A stretch of 64,000 nt of DNA, from positions 36,766,001 to 36,830,000 of the forward strand of contig NC_043005.1 in assembly GCF_006345805.1 (NCBI RefSeq). Direction: 5' to 3'. This DNA comes from Octopus sinensis (taxonomy: Eukaryota). The notes beneath the pieces are model-generated. The model made no database searches. It was not told where the DNA came from and worked only from the letters and a program-made list of their open reading frames with translations. The position numbers and the translations under genes were made by a program. Positions 1-14,712 of the stretch are shown in pieces; the stretch's first letter is position 1, and each line of letters opens with the position of its first letter.

Positions 1-540
1 CTATGTCACGCTGGTGAGACCCATATTGGAGTACGGGATTCAAGCCTCTTCTCCTTATCCCCTCAAAGACATACTGCATCTCGAAAGAGTCCAGAAGCTG
101 GCTACCCGCATGGTTCTTGGTCTCAAGAATTTATCTTATGAAGAAAGGCTGAAGACGCTCGACCTTTATTCTCTAGAAAAACGACGACGCCGTGGAGATC
201 TCATTCTTGCTCACAACATCATAAGCGGAAAGAGTAACCTCTCGAAAGAGCTGTTCTTTACTCCTGCTCCAGAGCGTCGGCTGCAGGGTAATTCCGAAAA
301 GCTCTATCTGCGACGATTTCATCTCAATCGAAGGAGAGGAGCTTTCTCCGTCCGGGTTGCGGATCCGTGGAATAAGCTGCCAGACAAGAAGGTGAAGATG
401 CCGACGACCGCTCGGTTCAAAGTCTCCCTTGACCTCAAGTGGCCTGAACTCTTTACATGAACACCACCCTGTACATAACTCCATGTCCCCCTACATGGCC
501 TTGCTTTTTGCTTTTTGAGCTAAAAAATTAACTAACTAAC
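1..540 (+). mobile_element. 3' end of CR1/L2-group (Jockey superclade) LINE: ORF2 C-terminus, 3' UTR hairpin and (TAAC)n tail
   Basis: ORF to 460 reads VRPILEY...LERVQKLATRMV.GLKNLSYEERLKTLDLYSLEKRRRRGDLI...FSVRVADPWNKLP, the typical post-RT region of CR1-type ORF2. 3' UTR has hairpin ccatgt-ccccct-acatgg (481-498), then a taactaactaac tail. Confidence 0.88.
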
Positions 541-812
541 AACAACAACAATAATGATAATAATAATAATAACAACAATAATGATAATGATAATAATAAT
601 AACAACAACAACAATAATGATAATGATAATGATAATAATAATACAACAACAATAATGATAATGATAATAATAATAACAACAACAATAATGATAATGATAA
701 AAATAATAATAATAACAACCACAATAATGATAATGATAATAATAATAACAACAGCAATAATGATAATGATAAAAATAATAATAACAAGGATAATGATAAT
801 AATAATAATAAG
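541..812. repeat. Compound (AAT/AAC/GAT)n trinucleotide microsatellite
   Basis: Read directly; explains the poly-Ile/Leu ORFs at 528-1092. Confidence 0.95.
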
Positions 813-1577
813 AAGAAGAAAAAGAATCAGTCAGTTTTGCTCAGTCAACGTACAACATCATTATCTCTCTTCGTTCAGGAATAATGGTCATGTCGTTCTT
901 TTCGTTTGGTTGCTTATTTCTTTTCTGCCTTTGTTGATTTATACACACAGTCACACACACACTCACACTCTCTCCCTCTATGTCTCTCTTTCATCCTTTA
1001 CATCTCTCCGTTTCTTACTGGCTTTTATTTATTTGTTGATTTGTTTGATTTATGTTCCTCTGTTCAGCCATTTCTCAAACACTCTACTGTGATTGTCTTA
1101 CAATCGCTGATAACCTAACTTAAGTGTCATTTATTTTACTTTGCTTTAAATATATTTCATTTTTATTTTAAGTTACTTTAGAATTAGTTGTTATTTGGTC
1201 GACGACGTAGCGAAATGAATGTGTCTCTAATCTCCATCCTGTGTTTATACAGACAAATTTATGTGTGTGTGCGTGTGCGTGCGTGTGCGCGTGTATGCGC
1301 GTGTATGTTCGTGTGTGTATTTGCACGTATTTATGAGTGCATGAGTTTATTTCCATAAAATACACATAAATATTTATGTAAGCACCTATGTATGTCTACA
1401 TGTATACAGGCACACATATATGCATGTATATATATATATATAATATATATATATATACATTCGTATGTATGTATGCATGCATGTATATATATATATATAT
1501 ATACATACATATACATATATATGTATTATGTAAGTATATATATAATACATATGTATGTATATATATGCATACATTTT

Positions 1578-1630
<53 letters not shown>

Positions 1631-3634
1631 GATAGAGAGAGAGGCTCGGGTTTCTTTCATTTACTATAGACAATTTCTTCATACAAATGGCTTTTCTGTC
1701 CGAATTTTTACTTATATTTGAATATACGTTACGCTGTTGATATTTTTTTCCGTCTTTTTTAAAGTTCTATTTTATCTGATAATTTTTATTTCTGTGTATT
1801 TTTTCTATTGTTAGCACAACATGGCTTTTAACAAAATACTCTCAGATACACATATATCATGTGTATATGTGTCGAAGCACAGACACTTAATAACATGTAC
1901 ATATAGAAAGCAAGAGACGTATTGTATATGTGTTTTACTATGTGTATGTATGAACGAAGTTTATAAACCAGTACGTGTCGGTATATACAGAAATATACCA
2001 TTAAACAGGTATAATGGCGGTTTGGCGATTCGTTTCCTCTGTGTATTTCACATAGATATTGATACACACACCCATATACGTACATACATACATACATATA
2101 TATTCCTTTTTATACATATATGTATGCATGATTAATAACGAAAGAATATAAGACAAGTTTCCTCCACAATTTGATGTATTTAAACAAAGAAAATTAAAAA
2201 TAAATCGAATACAACCCCACCCAGTCGTCTCGAAAACATAAACAAATTCAAAAGAATAACACCAAAACGCTGGTGAATGCGTTAAAACTCTAACAATGAT
2301 TCCCATACCCAATACTCTAAAAAACAAAACAAAATAAATTACTGTTACTATGAAAAATTATGTAGTTATTTCATATGGACATGAAGTTTGAACATGAAGT
2401 TACATGCATGTTGAGGAGAAAAACATTATTGATATCTTCCCTTAGTACGTGAATGGTTTTTATTGAATCGATTTTTCCTGTGGATTTAAATCATCGAAGT
2501 GGATCATGGGAGAATTTTGTTGCTGTGTTTAGAGCGTTGACGCAAAATACTCGAGAATGTTACCGTTCTTAAATCTAAACTCTTCGTCCTAAGGAAGAAT
2601 ATTTATGCGCTTTCGAAATCAACCCGCCCCTAGTTCTATGATGCACATTTCCTGTTTCTTTAATTAATCTAAGTTAAAACCTTCTATCAGAATTTCATGT
2701 TAATTTGTGTTCCAAATCCCAGCTTAATAATAAAACCAATTTATTCAAATATTGAAATTAGTATTCCAGTCATTCTAAATTTAAAAGATATCTTCATTCC
2801 AGTTTCTTAATGAAATTTTGTTCGTTGATTTTCCCGCTGTTTGAAACTCGACCAGTTCTTTTTAAGAATAGAGTGAACCATTTTGCGAAAACCTCACCTA
2901 ACAAAACTAACATGGCATTTTCCATTAAGGAAACTTAAAAGCTAAAAGATCTTTACAAACAGGCTGCTGTAGGTTTTCCTGTATCACTACTGAAACCTTG
3001 AATCTCAAAAACTTCAGGGACTTGTTGTTTGGACTGATGTTTGATCCGATCCAGCAGACCTATGATCAAGAATGGTCGGCTAAATGTTACAAATCAGTTT
3101 TATTGTAGTAGAGATAAAACAGAAAAAAGGAGTACCTTATTTCATGTGTTTTTGGAGCGATTTAGATGCAATTTCAGTTTGTACGACCATGTAAAAGTAG
3201 CCTTCATAGACTCTGTACCGTTTTTAGAAGAGAACAAACGATTTAACAGCGACACACAATACCACCCATCCCACCCGATCCAACTCCCATACGCCTTGCT
3301 GAATGTGCCTTCATACCTTCAGAGCTGCGACAATTTTATGTCTTATTCATTTAAATAACTTCATCTTTTTGTATAAGTGGACGAAATATTTAAAAAGAGA
3401 TCAAGGCCTCTAAATTTCTGTGCACACAATCAAAATGGCCACCACTACGATCATCCTCCTCACTAATATCACCACCTTCATCATCGTCATTATCTCATTA
3501 TCATCAAAATTGACACCAAAAAGAGCAGCAGCAACAACAACGAGAAGAAAGGATTCAAAGATTCATTACAATCTGTTTGACTCGATTTGTAAACTTTAGT
3601 GTAGCTTTACATAGAAATAACAAGGCCAATATTG

Positions 3635-3684
<50 letters not shown>

Positions 3685-5174
3685 TGAGTATTTGTGTTAT
3701 TGCATGTATAATTTCTCAGTATAATTTCTTTAATAATATATAGGATTTCTGTTGATTAAGGAATATGATATGTTTATATTAAAAGTAGTATAGGTGTCGT
3801 ATCGGACTTCCGAACAAGATTGAAGTTTGTTGGTTGCTTCTCGTTGTGTTGTTTGTGGCTGTTTTCTTTTAGTCCTAGTTCGACTTTTAGCAAGAGTAGC
3901 TATAATCAAAGCATTTTAGCCGCGATCAGACCGTTTTTTAAAATTTTTGCTTATCTAAAATCTTTGTTTTATTTTTGAGGTTATAGAACTCAACATTATT
4001 TGAAGTGGCTTGTCTCAAAACGGTTGGGATATGATTTGAAGGAGATTTGGCTACTATTTTTAACAAACTGAGCAATTACATTAAGGCGTATATTTATTAT
4101 ATCCACGCTCTTAGTGCTTACATTCTGCAAGCTTGCATTTCTGCCCTGATATCTATGTTTTGAATACCAGTTTATATATTCAAGCAGAACAGACTGCATC
4201 CGCTATGAAAGAGTCTGTTTAGTTTGTATAATTTGCAATATTGAGAATATTATTTGCTGTCAGTAAGAATGGTTCATGAAATACTGTGTCTGGAATATCG
4301 TGTGTGATTTATAAATTCTTTTAGTTCCACAACGATATTTGTAAATGCCATTAATGGTCTTCTGTAAAATTTTTAGATTTTTTATATATTGCGTCTCATA
4401 TTTATGAAGTTTATTTTTGTAATTTGCAATGTCTGTTTTAAATGTATTCTGTGCGGACCTATGACATTGGGAAGTGAGATAATAACAACACTTCCTGTCT
4501 GTGTCGTTGTTGTTTCCGCCGACGTCGATGTGTTTTTAGTGCCATTATTTTCTAGTAAAATCGCGATTTTTTTTGTGGAGTATTTTTGAGTATCGTGTTG
4601 TTACTGTTAATATATAAAAAAATATATTTTGTGAAACAGATTTATTGGTGATGCAGGAGATGCGATTCGATCCCGTTTCGTGCATAGTTCCATTTTTATT
4701 TGTATTTTGATGACTTTCGCACATGTTGAGAGAAATACTTTTCCATCGAGAATTTAGCGTTTGGCCGACATTCTCAACCGACCATCATGTCTTTCATTCT
4801 GCAACATTTAATACAACTATTTTAAAGACAGTCGAAGTAGTACTTCAGAAAGCTTTAGCTGTTATTTCTTGCAGGTCGATCGACCACGCAGGGATGTCCA
4901 TTATCTTGTTTTCGATTTTGTATTAAACAGTATTGATTTTTCTTGAACAACAACAACAACAACAGTAAATAACACATTTACTATTGTAAATTAGCGACAG
5001 ATGGATGCTGGATGTACAGGCGAACAATTAACGGTATTCCGTCTATGACCATCTCATGTACTATGTTATCCAATATCACACTCAGCTATGGTTTGAGGAA
5101 AGTCATGCGACTATTTCGAGAATCAAACACCAAATTAGAGGCATTCACCACCAATTATTTTCCCTCTACTACTG

Positions 5175-5225
<51 letters not shown>

Positions 5226-5235
5226 ATACTAATAC

Positions 5236-5266
<31 letters not shown>

Positions 5267-5268
<2 letters not shown>

Positions 5269-6256
5269 CATGTACCTTGTCTTGTCTTGGTATAAAAGAT
5301 GGGCTATAGATAATATTCTGCTCAATACCACAGATTTGCTTATCAGTTGCTTGACCTTAAACAGCTGAGCATGTCACTTAGTGGTTGACGACAAGTGTAC
5401 TTCTGATCACGAGCAGAAGTAGTGGAGGAGAATCATAGCCATGTGTTGAGAGGAATTCTTCAGAGTTTGGATAATTCAAAACTGGAAACATTAGTGTCTC
5501 GTTCAACACCCTTAAACAACCCTTATTCAGGGACCTTTTGAGCGGCATGGGCTACTCGACTTGAAGAAAATTCAAATTGGGCCCCACCTGCAAGGTCATG
5601 CGCTCTTAATCTTGATATGAGATCACCAGGATGTGCACATATGGTTGTGGTGCATGTGCCTGGTGTATCTTTATCAGACGGATATGTCCTGATGGGTATA
5701 CACAAACATGTCACTTTGATGGCATGCACTGCTCTCTCAATAATGATAATAATAATAATAATAATAATGACATGTACCTTGTCTTGTCTTGGTATAAAAG
5801 ATGGGCTATAGATAATATTCTGCTCAATACCACAGATTTGCTTATCAGTTGCTTGACCTTAAACAGCTGAGCATGTCACTTAGTGGTTGACGACAAGTGT
5901 ACTTCTGATCACGAGCAGAAGTAGTGGAGGAGAATCATAGCCATGTGTTGAGAGGAATTCTTCAGAGTTTGGATAATTCAAAACTGGAAACATTAGTGTC
6001 TCGTTCAACACCCTTAAACAACCCTTATTCAGGGACCTTTTGAGCGGCATGGGCTACTCGACTTGAAGAAAATTCAAATTGGGCCCCACCTGCAAGGTCA
6101 TGCGCTCTTAATCTTGATATGAGATCACCAGGATGTGCACATATGGTTGTGGTGCATGTGCCTGGTGTATCTTTATCAGACGGATATGTCCTGATGGGTA
6201 TACAGGACTTCGTATATTTTCCCCAGTGTCACTTTGATGGCATGCACTGCTCTCTC
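5267..6256 (+). repeat. Tandem duplication (period 502 bp) of an ~480-bp repeat embedded in (AAT)n; probable non-LTR retroelement 3' fragment
   Basis: Copies 5267-5738 and 5769-6256 appear identical except that caaaca in copy 1 replaces ggacttcgtatattttccccag in copy 2. Both are flanked by (AAT)n. Confidence 0.9.
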
Positions 6257-6304
6257 AATAATGATAATAATAATAATAGTAATTTATGATGCATGTGGAT
6301 GTTG

Positions 6305-6566
6305 TACCCGCCTGATAAGTGTACACTACCCACATGCATCACAGCACTATGTGCGTGACATAATGATCTCGTATCAAGACAAACAGTGCATGACCTTGTA
6401 GGTGGGGTTCAGTTAGAATTTTCTTCAGGTGAAGTAGCCCATCTTACTCAAAAGTTCCCTGAATAAAGGTTGTATAAGGATTTTGAACAAAACACCCATG
6501 TTTCCAGAGGTGAATTTTCCAGACCTAAAGAATTCCTCTCAACAAATGGCTATGACGCTCCCCCAC

Positions 6567-6567
<1 letters not shown>
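6305..6567 (-). mobile_element. Diverged inverted partial copy of the same ~480-bp element
   Basis: Reverse complement matches the middle of the unit (e.g. gcatgaccttgtaggtgggg vs ccccacctgcaaggtcatgc; aagaattcctctcaaca vs tgttgagaggaattctt). Abuts (TTA)n. Confidence 0.85.
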
Positions 6568-6600
<33 letters not shown>

Positions 6601-6624
6601 GAATATGACAATGGTTTAAATTTT

Positions 6625-6815
6625 TCTTTGGCACAGCGATCTCGGGATACGGGTTAAAGTCGATTACATTGATTCCAGTGCTCAACTGGTATTTATTTTA
6701 TCAACCCGCAAGAAGATGAAATACAAAGTTAACCTTGGAAGAATTTGAATTTAAAACGCAAGGAGTCGGAAGAAATACTGCAAAATATTCTTTCTCTCCA
6801 ACGCTGCCAGTTCGG
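6625..6815 (-). mobile_element. Degenerate SINE family B copy
   Basis: Contains gtcgattacattgattccagtgctcaactggtat...gaatttgaa, shared with the better copies at 16644 and 60193. Confidence 0.65.
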
Positions 6816-7716
6816 GGCATTTTTTACTTTTGAAAGTATGACAAAAGTGTGCGACTTTTTGGCCAGTATTGCTAGCAGGTCATGTGACCACATAGATGAT
6901 CTATTATTTTTGTGTAGCTCCTGATCAAACATACTCAAAATTCTTACCGTTTCACCCGTGACAACCATAACGTTATAGAGTATGTCAAGAGTACAATATC
7001 TACGGTATTCCTTTCTTATGGAAAGTAGTAAATGTGAACTATGATTGTGGTAATGATAGAGAGAGAGATGGGGAGAGTGAGAAGGAGAGAGGGGGAAGAT
7101 GGATGAGAGAGACTGAGAGGGAGAGGACACAGTGACGGGATGTATTGATTGCAATGTTGTCACTGATGCTGACAATGGCTGTGATGATGATAGCGAGAGA
7201 AAAAAAATGACTGATGATGTTAAAAGCGATTCCATTTCATGTTAATCTTGTAACAACAAATGGATACAAATACTAATCCTCAGATAAATCATTCAGAAAA
7301 GGGGTGAAAGGTAGAGGGATGGGGACGAAATGGTGTGGCGGAGAAAAGGAAAGCGGAGGCTAGAGAGATCGTGTGGTGGTAACTAAAGGAATGGAGGTGA
7401 GCGAGATAGAGAAAGTAGGTGAGAGACTAAGAGAAGGTGTGAAACAGAGATACAAAGTGAAAAATTGAGAGGAGGAGAAAAGAAGAGAGGAAGAGGGAGA
7501 GTAAGGAAGAATGGAGAGTAAGGAAGAATGGAAACCGAGAGTAAGTGCATTCACGAGAGGGAATGCGTAGTTAGAAAACTGAACGAATGCGAGTGGAGTA
7601 ATTAATGATCGTTAAGTGTACACACATATATACATGCACACACACATATATATATATGTGTGTGTGCGTGCGTGTTTGTGTGCGTGTGTATGCATGCATG
7701 TATAAGTATACCTGCA

Positions 7717-7756
<40 letters not shown>

Positions 7757-7785
7757 TGATAGAAAGAGAGAGATAAAGAGTGTGC

Positions 7786-7818
<33 letters not shown>

Positions 7819-8172
7819 GAGAGGTGTGTGTGGTATGAGAGTGAGAAACAGGGAGAAGAAAGCATGAAAGAAATAAGAGAAAGATCGAAAAATCGACTCC
7901 TGAGAGATTGCTGTGTAAAGATATGGAGACAGATTATAAATTGAAGAAGAAACCTAAGTCGAATGTGGATTACAATATATATGCACCACACGCACACATA
8001 CAAGCATACATGTGTACGTGTATGTGTAAAGAGCGAGAGGTGGGTTTAAAATCGTTTCTATGGCTGTAACCAAACATTTTACAGAACGACTTTTGCCTCT
8101 CCTGCCTCTAGATCATTGCCTCACTATTCCCCTCCTCTCTCTCTGTTTCTCTCTCCTCCATTTGTGTGTGTG

Positions 8173-8220
<48 letters not shown>

Positions 8221-8757
8221 ATATATGAGAATTTGAGAGTGATGAGAAAGAAAAAGGAATCAAAAGGATGATGAAGACGATAAAGAAGAAAACTGGGGAT
8301 TATAACTGAAATTAAATCGAAAATGAATTAATGATATAGACAGAGGACAAATCGTGGGCCATGGAGAATAAAGGTGGGTAAGATAGGAATTTAGAGAGAG
8401 AGAGAAAGGTAGTGGTTTAGAGGAAGAGGTAGTGGTTTATAGACATAAAGTGACAGAAGGAGTATGGGAGATATGTTTGGGAAAATAACGCGAAGCTTGA
8501 GACTGGAAGCAAAATACAAGGAGAGAATCAGAAACTATAAAAGATGACTGGACGGAGAATGTGGAGAAAGAAAGTGACAAATAATTAGATTGCTAAAGGT
8601 ATATGTAGATTAAGAACGGGAGAAGAGAAGATAGCGTTAATATCTATATAGAGGAAAAGAGGCATACCCGTACAATGTACAAGTATAAATATATGTATAC
8701 TTACATACGCACATAAAAAATACATGTTTGTATTTTTTATATATGTATATGCATATA

Positions 8758-8812
<55 letters not shown>

Positions 8813-9171
8813 GCTTCATGAAATCAAATAGAATGTTAAATGCATACGGAAGTAAGATTACATATATGAAGTGACATAATTCCTCATAGAATGTGCGTTG
8901 TTACTGAGAGCTCTATATCCAACTGATAAAAGTCAATTAGGCAATCATCATACTGAGTGTTAAAATATCGGAGGTCAAAGATAGTCATTTCCGATGTTAC
9001 ATGCTGGAGAAGTAGCAGTAGGATAAGGGGTGGAACTACAGTTATCTAAATAAGAAATGTTCACCTACTCCACTATTAAAACTTGTAGGAATTAGATAAT
9101 GAAAGAAACATAAATATGCAAAAAGAATATCTCGGAAGAAAACAAAGGAAATACGTTAATACAGGCATATA

Positions 9172-9399
9172 GGCACAGGAGTGGCTGTGTGGTAAGTAGC
9201 TTGCTAACCAACCACATGGTTCCGGGTTCAGTCCCACTGCGTGGCATCTTGGGCAAGTGTCTTCTGCTATAGCCCCGGGCCGACCAATGCCTTGTGAGTG
9301 GATTTGGTAGACGGAAACTGAAAGAAGCCCGTCGTATATATGTATGTATATATATATATATATCTATATATTATTATATATATATATATATATGTATAT

Positions 9400-9448
<49 letters not shown>

Positions 9449-9675
9449 TGTGTTTGTGTGTTTGTGTGTCTGTGTTTGTCCCCGTAGCATTGCTTGACAC
9501 CGTGCTGGTGTGTTTAACGACCCCGTCACTTAGCGGTTCGGAAAAAGAGACCGATAGAATAAGTACTGGGCTTACAAAGAATAAGTCCCGGGGTCGATTT
9601 GCTCGACTAAAGGCGGTGCTCCTGCATGGCCGCAGTCAAATGACTGAAACAAGTAAAAGAGTAAAAGTAAAAGAG
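9172..9675 (+). mobile_element. tRNA-derived SINE family A, full length, with internal (TA)/(TG) microsatellite
   Basis: A-box-like gtggctgtgtggtaag, B-box-like gggttcagtccc, CORE-like cttgggcaagtg, (gtaaaa)n tail. Homologous copies at 26636, 28550, 34742 and 48456. Confidence 0.9.
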
Positions 9676-10334
9676 TATACAAAAATAATATCTCGGAGGA
9701 AAAAAAAGGAAAGAAGTTAATAGAGGCATATAACTATAACTATAAAGTAGAATAAAAACATAGAGGGAAAGGAAAATTTGAAAGAGTTAAAGTAAGCAGT
9801 GGAGTGGAAATAAGTTCAGTATAATGATCAGTAAATTATATATACATGCATAATTTATATGTACGTGCAACACATACACATACTGGTGTATGCAACGCGA
9901 GTAGGAAATTTAGCGACAGACGAGTGACATAGCACTCTTATGCTTTAAGTTTTGATGGGAATGATGGTAAGTAAAAATTAAGTATAGTCGTATTAAACTG
10001 AAGTGCTTCGGTAATTATTTGACAAAATGATGACAGATTGTTTAAACTGTAGACTACGCCTTTAGATAATTAGCGAACGAATGAGAGAGAAGTGCTTAAT
10101 ACATACTCACTACAGGATATAATTTTTGTATTGAAAATAAAACGTAGTTTGCCTCATGAATTATTGTACAGTTCGGCGTAAAACTCGAGTTCATGTACAT
10201 ACACACATGCATGCATACACACACACATACACACCTGTTTATATATTATGTATATATATAGATATATGTATATATATACACATATACATAAGTATCCATA
10301 CATAAATAAATAACATACGTACATAAATACACAC

Positions 10335-10388
<54 letters not shown>

Positions 10389-10889
10389 TATATAAATAAA
10401 ATATATGCATACATACAAACATATATGTACGTACCTACATCTACATGTATATAACATGCATATATAAATATATATATACATATATATATGTGTGTATGTG
10501 TATGTGTGTGTTTGTGTGTGTTTGCAAGACATAATAATAGGTGCATATATCAATAAATCTAAACAACACCAAGTACAATAGTTAAATAAAATGGCGTTAT
10601 TGCCTACGTTTAACATTCAAATGCATCCAAAACCTAACATGCATAATACATGCTGAAAAATTCTTTTACGAGTAACAAACTCAATTAGGTGTAACAGATA
10701 TTACATCCGATTTATGTATGTTTCTGTGTGCGTGGTTAGATTAAATAAATGTATGAACACATAATGTTGTTTAACCGTATATATATATGAATGAATGTGG
10801 GAAGAAAATGCATGATATACGTGAGCTATAGATACATACAAAGCTAGGTAGAGAGATAGGCTAGACAGAAAATATATATATAGGTTAAG

Positions 10890-11301
<412 letters not shown>

Positions 11302-12202
11302 TGTAAGCAGAGAAGTACAAGTTTTAGTGAAAGACGAAAAGCAGAATCATATAAGTATAATGTGTGTGTGTGTGTGTGTTTAACGAAAACAAAAAGAAGA
11401 AAGAAAGAACGAAAGAAAAAAGAAAGAAAGAAAGAAAGGCGCAGAATAAAGGAGAATAATAAAGGATCTGCGAGATAAAATAAATGAAAATGAACAAGAA
11501 AACCGGTTCTGTTCTGCCATTAAATGGTTCCTTTATCCGATAGAAGAATTACATTTCGGTTTCACGGAACTATGGTACATTTCTGTTAAAGTGAAACTAG
11601 AACACATTAAATAAAAACAAGACAAAAACGTAACAACAGAAAGATCTAGAAAGCAAAAGAATAAATGAAGGCTATAGAAGCAAGAAATATAAAGATATAA
11701 CAGTAATGATTCCATGTTTGCAGGCAGAGATTCACAGCACATTTTAAAATTACCAATCAAACAAGCAAGGTTTGCTTACATCATGAATTCATCAACGTCT
11801 TAAGCGGTCCGAATTAGCATTTATATTACTCCGTAACGCCGATGGCGAACATTGTGTGCATATGCATATATACTGATATGTAATTTGCAACACGACAGGT
11901 TGATGGAGTTTTTATTTTGCTTAGTTTTTGTTCTATATGTTTATTTTTGTTTTGCTTTTAAACAAGAATTTATGTATTTATGAGTAGCTACACATACACA
12001 CGTGCGTGCGCACGCACACACACCACACACACACACACACATTCGTACATACATGTATTATTGTACATATTTATATATTTGTCTGACAAACAAATCTACC
12101 TACCAATCTACCAATATGAGTTTGTATATATTATATTATATATATATATATATATATTATATATTATATATCATATTATATTAAATATATAATATATATT
12201 AT

Positions 12203-12247
<45 letters not shown>

Positions 12248-12271
12248 ATACATATATATATGTGTGTGTGC

Positions 12272-12304
<33 letters not shown>

Positions 12305-12612
12305 CATATATGTGCGTGTGTATATATGTATGTATGTAGTATATATATAATACATATGTATATATAAACATATATATATGCACAATATTTAGTATCCAGA
12401 ATATATATATACATGCATATATACACACACTCACGCACACACATATATATATATACACGTGCATGCATATGTACGTGTGTGTTTGTGTGTGTCTACATAT
12501 ATACATATATTCACACAGAAATGGAGACGGAGTGATGGTGAATCAAATACTGATATTGTTCTGTCAGAGTACTTTCCCTTTGTATCTTCGAAACGAATAC
12601 ACACACGCGCGC

Positions 12613-12643
<31 letters not shown>

Positions 12644-13329
12644 AGCACATATATAGAAGAACAGCTTAGACATTGAAGATAAAACCAAGAAATCTGCACA
12701 TAGAAATCTATTTATTCCATGTCTCCTCCAGACAATATCGTGTATAAGAAGTCAGACATTTGCATAAAGATTTGGACACGTGATATTTTATCAGCTGCTC
12801 AACAAAGAATCTTTGAAGATGTTAGTGTTTTCATATACATTGTTGGTGAATAACCGCCGAAATATAACGAATGCAAATAGCTTTAATTTGCTTTTGAAAA
12901 GATTTCCCCGGAATGTTCAAATAATTTAGAAACATCTTGTCTAGTGCAATGTTCACTTTCCACACAGAGCAATTTTCCTTCCGTCTCTTCGAAAACGTGA
13001 AATAAATTCATTAAACATGCTATCAGTGATGTACGTAGGTTTATAAAATACCACGGAAGAAAGCGACTATAATCCCCAGAGCAGTCAAGAGCTGGATTGC
13101 ATTAATAATCTTTGAAAGTATTCTTGATGTCAACAGAGAAAAAACTTTGAGACCGAATTACGTAGGCCTGTGCTAACGAAAGTGTATTTGGAAATGGGTG
13201 TTGTTGATGGTATATATATATATATATATACATATATATATGTGTGTGTGTATGTATATGTATGTATAGGTACAAGTATAAATGTATATATATGCATATA
13301 TGTGTACGCATGTAATACCATATAATGCA

Positions 13330-13905
13330 CACACACATATGAGAGGTTTTAGTATCCAGAAGACCCAAGATGGCGGGTAAGGCTATGTAAGTGCTACGGG
13401 AGGGCCGTAGTTAGACTCTTGGTTCGACAATGATACGAGTGAAGAGTCTAATGTCTGTGTTCAGGTAATATGTGTTTGTGTGAGTGTGGGAGTACATATT
13501 TTCTCTTCGCGTATTGTGTGCTTGTGTAGGTGTGGGGTGCGCACGATTGTGTGTGGTAGGCATACTGAGTTAAACAGTGTGTGTGGATGCTCGTATAGTG
13601 GTAGGCGTGGTGACGCTATTGAAGATTGTGTGTGGGGTGTGGATAATGGTGTCTGAAGTGAGTAATGAGTTGAACAGTGTGTATGTATGTGATGTGTGTA
13701 TAGTGGTGCGTATGGGTGAGGGTGTGCAGTTGTGTAGGTGGAGGGTGTGGGAGGTGAGTGTGAAACCATGTGGAATTAGTGTCAACTGAAGAGAGGAGGT
13801 GAGTTAAGCCCATATGGCTCAAAGGAACGATGAGATGAAATTAATTTCTGTATATATATATATATATAAAACTTACTTGGAAAAAGATGCGTGGCGTTCG
13901 ATCAT
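13330..13905 (-). mobile_element. Probable Penelope-like element 3' remnant
   Basis: Minus strand at ~13785-13850 reads QKLISSHRSFEPYGLNSPPLFS*, resembling the PLE GIY-YIG C-terminal 'LI..L....P.GLN' motif, followed by a CA-rich tail. Confidence 0.45.
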
Positions 13906-13960
13906 ATAATCATATAAATAATATATAAATATATGCATATATACATACATATATGTACAT

Positions 13961-14368
13961 ATATGTACATACCTACATCTATATGTATCTATACATGCAT
14001 ATAAGGGTACAAGACATCAAAAAAACATTGAACACAATGAGAAACGAAAACATAAAAACACAAGCATGGAAACTAACGTATTTTTCAAACAAAGAAAAAA
14101 TAGAGTACAAGACATACAACACAAGGAATATTCCCCTTCTTCAGTTGACCCTATTTCGTCTACTCCGCGTTCGAAGGTAAGGACAATACGCGACTCCTTG
14201 AAACAGTCCTTCACGCAAAGCAAATTTAATAAAAGTTGGGATTTTTTGCGGAGGGACAATAAGAACAAAACAAGACAGTAAAAACAATAAAATTGTGTTC
14301 AACGTTTTTTTGATGTCCTGTACCCATATATGCATGTATATACATATAGATGTAGGTATGTACATATA
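13961..14368. mobile_element. Fold-back element with ~77-bp inverted arms in (TA)n
   Basis: 13961-14038 vs reverse complement of 14292-14368 differ by 3 substitutions and a 2-nt indel. Confidence 0.8.
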
Positions 14369-14529
14369 TACATGTATATATATGTATATATTATATATAT
14401 TTTATATTATATATATACACACATATATATTTACATATATATATATTATATATATATATAATATATATAATATTATATATATATATAATACCACACCACA
14501 CAATTATATATATATATATATTATATATA

Positions 14530-14712
14530 TTCTTACTACCCACAAGTGGCTAAACACAGAGGGGACAAACAAGGACAGACAAACGGATTAAGTCGATTAC
14601 ATCGACCTTAGTGCGTAACTGCTACTTAATTTATCGACCCTGAAAAGATGAAAGGCAAAGTCGACCTCGGCGGAATTTCAACTCAGAACGTAGCGGCAGA
14701 CTAAATACTGCG
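14530..14712 (-). mobile_element. SINE family B, truncated
   Basis: aaaggcaaagtcgacctcggcggaatttcaactcagaacg central box; near-identical to the 60193-60414 copy. Confidence 0.85.

Noticed and set aside
3740-4945. Long low-repeat stretch with short ORFs
   Set aside because: No recognisable protein motif or coherent splice signals on either strand.
9172-9245. tRNA-like sequences here and at ~31950-32024 and ~43330-43402
   Set aside because: They are SINE heads without a full cloverleaf and continue into repeat bodies.
12715-12826. Acceptor/donor pair resembling an exon
   Set aside because: Stops in all three frames and a weak donor; compatible with chance.
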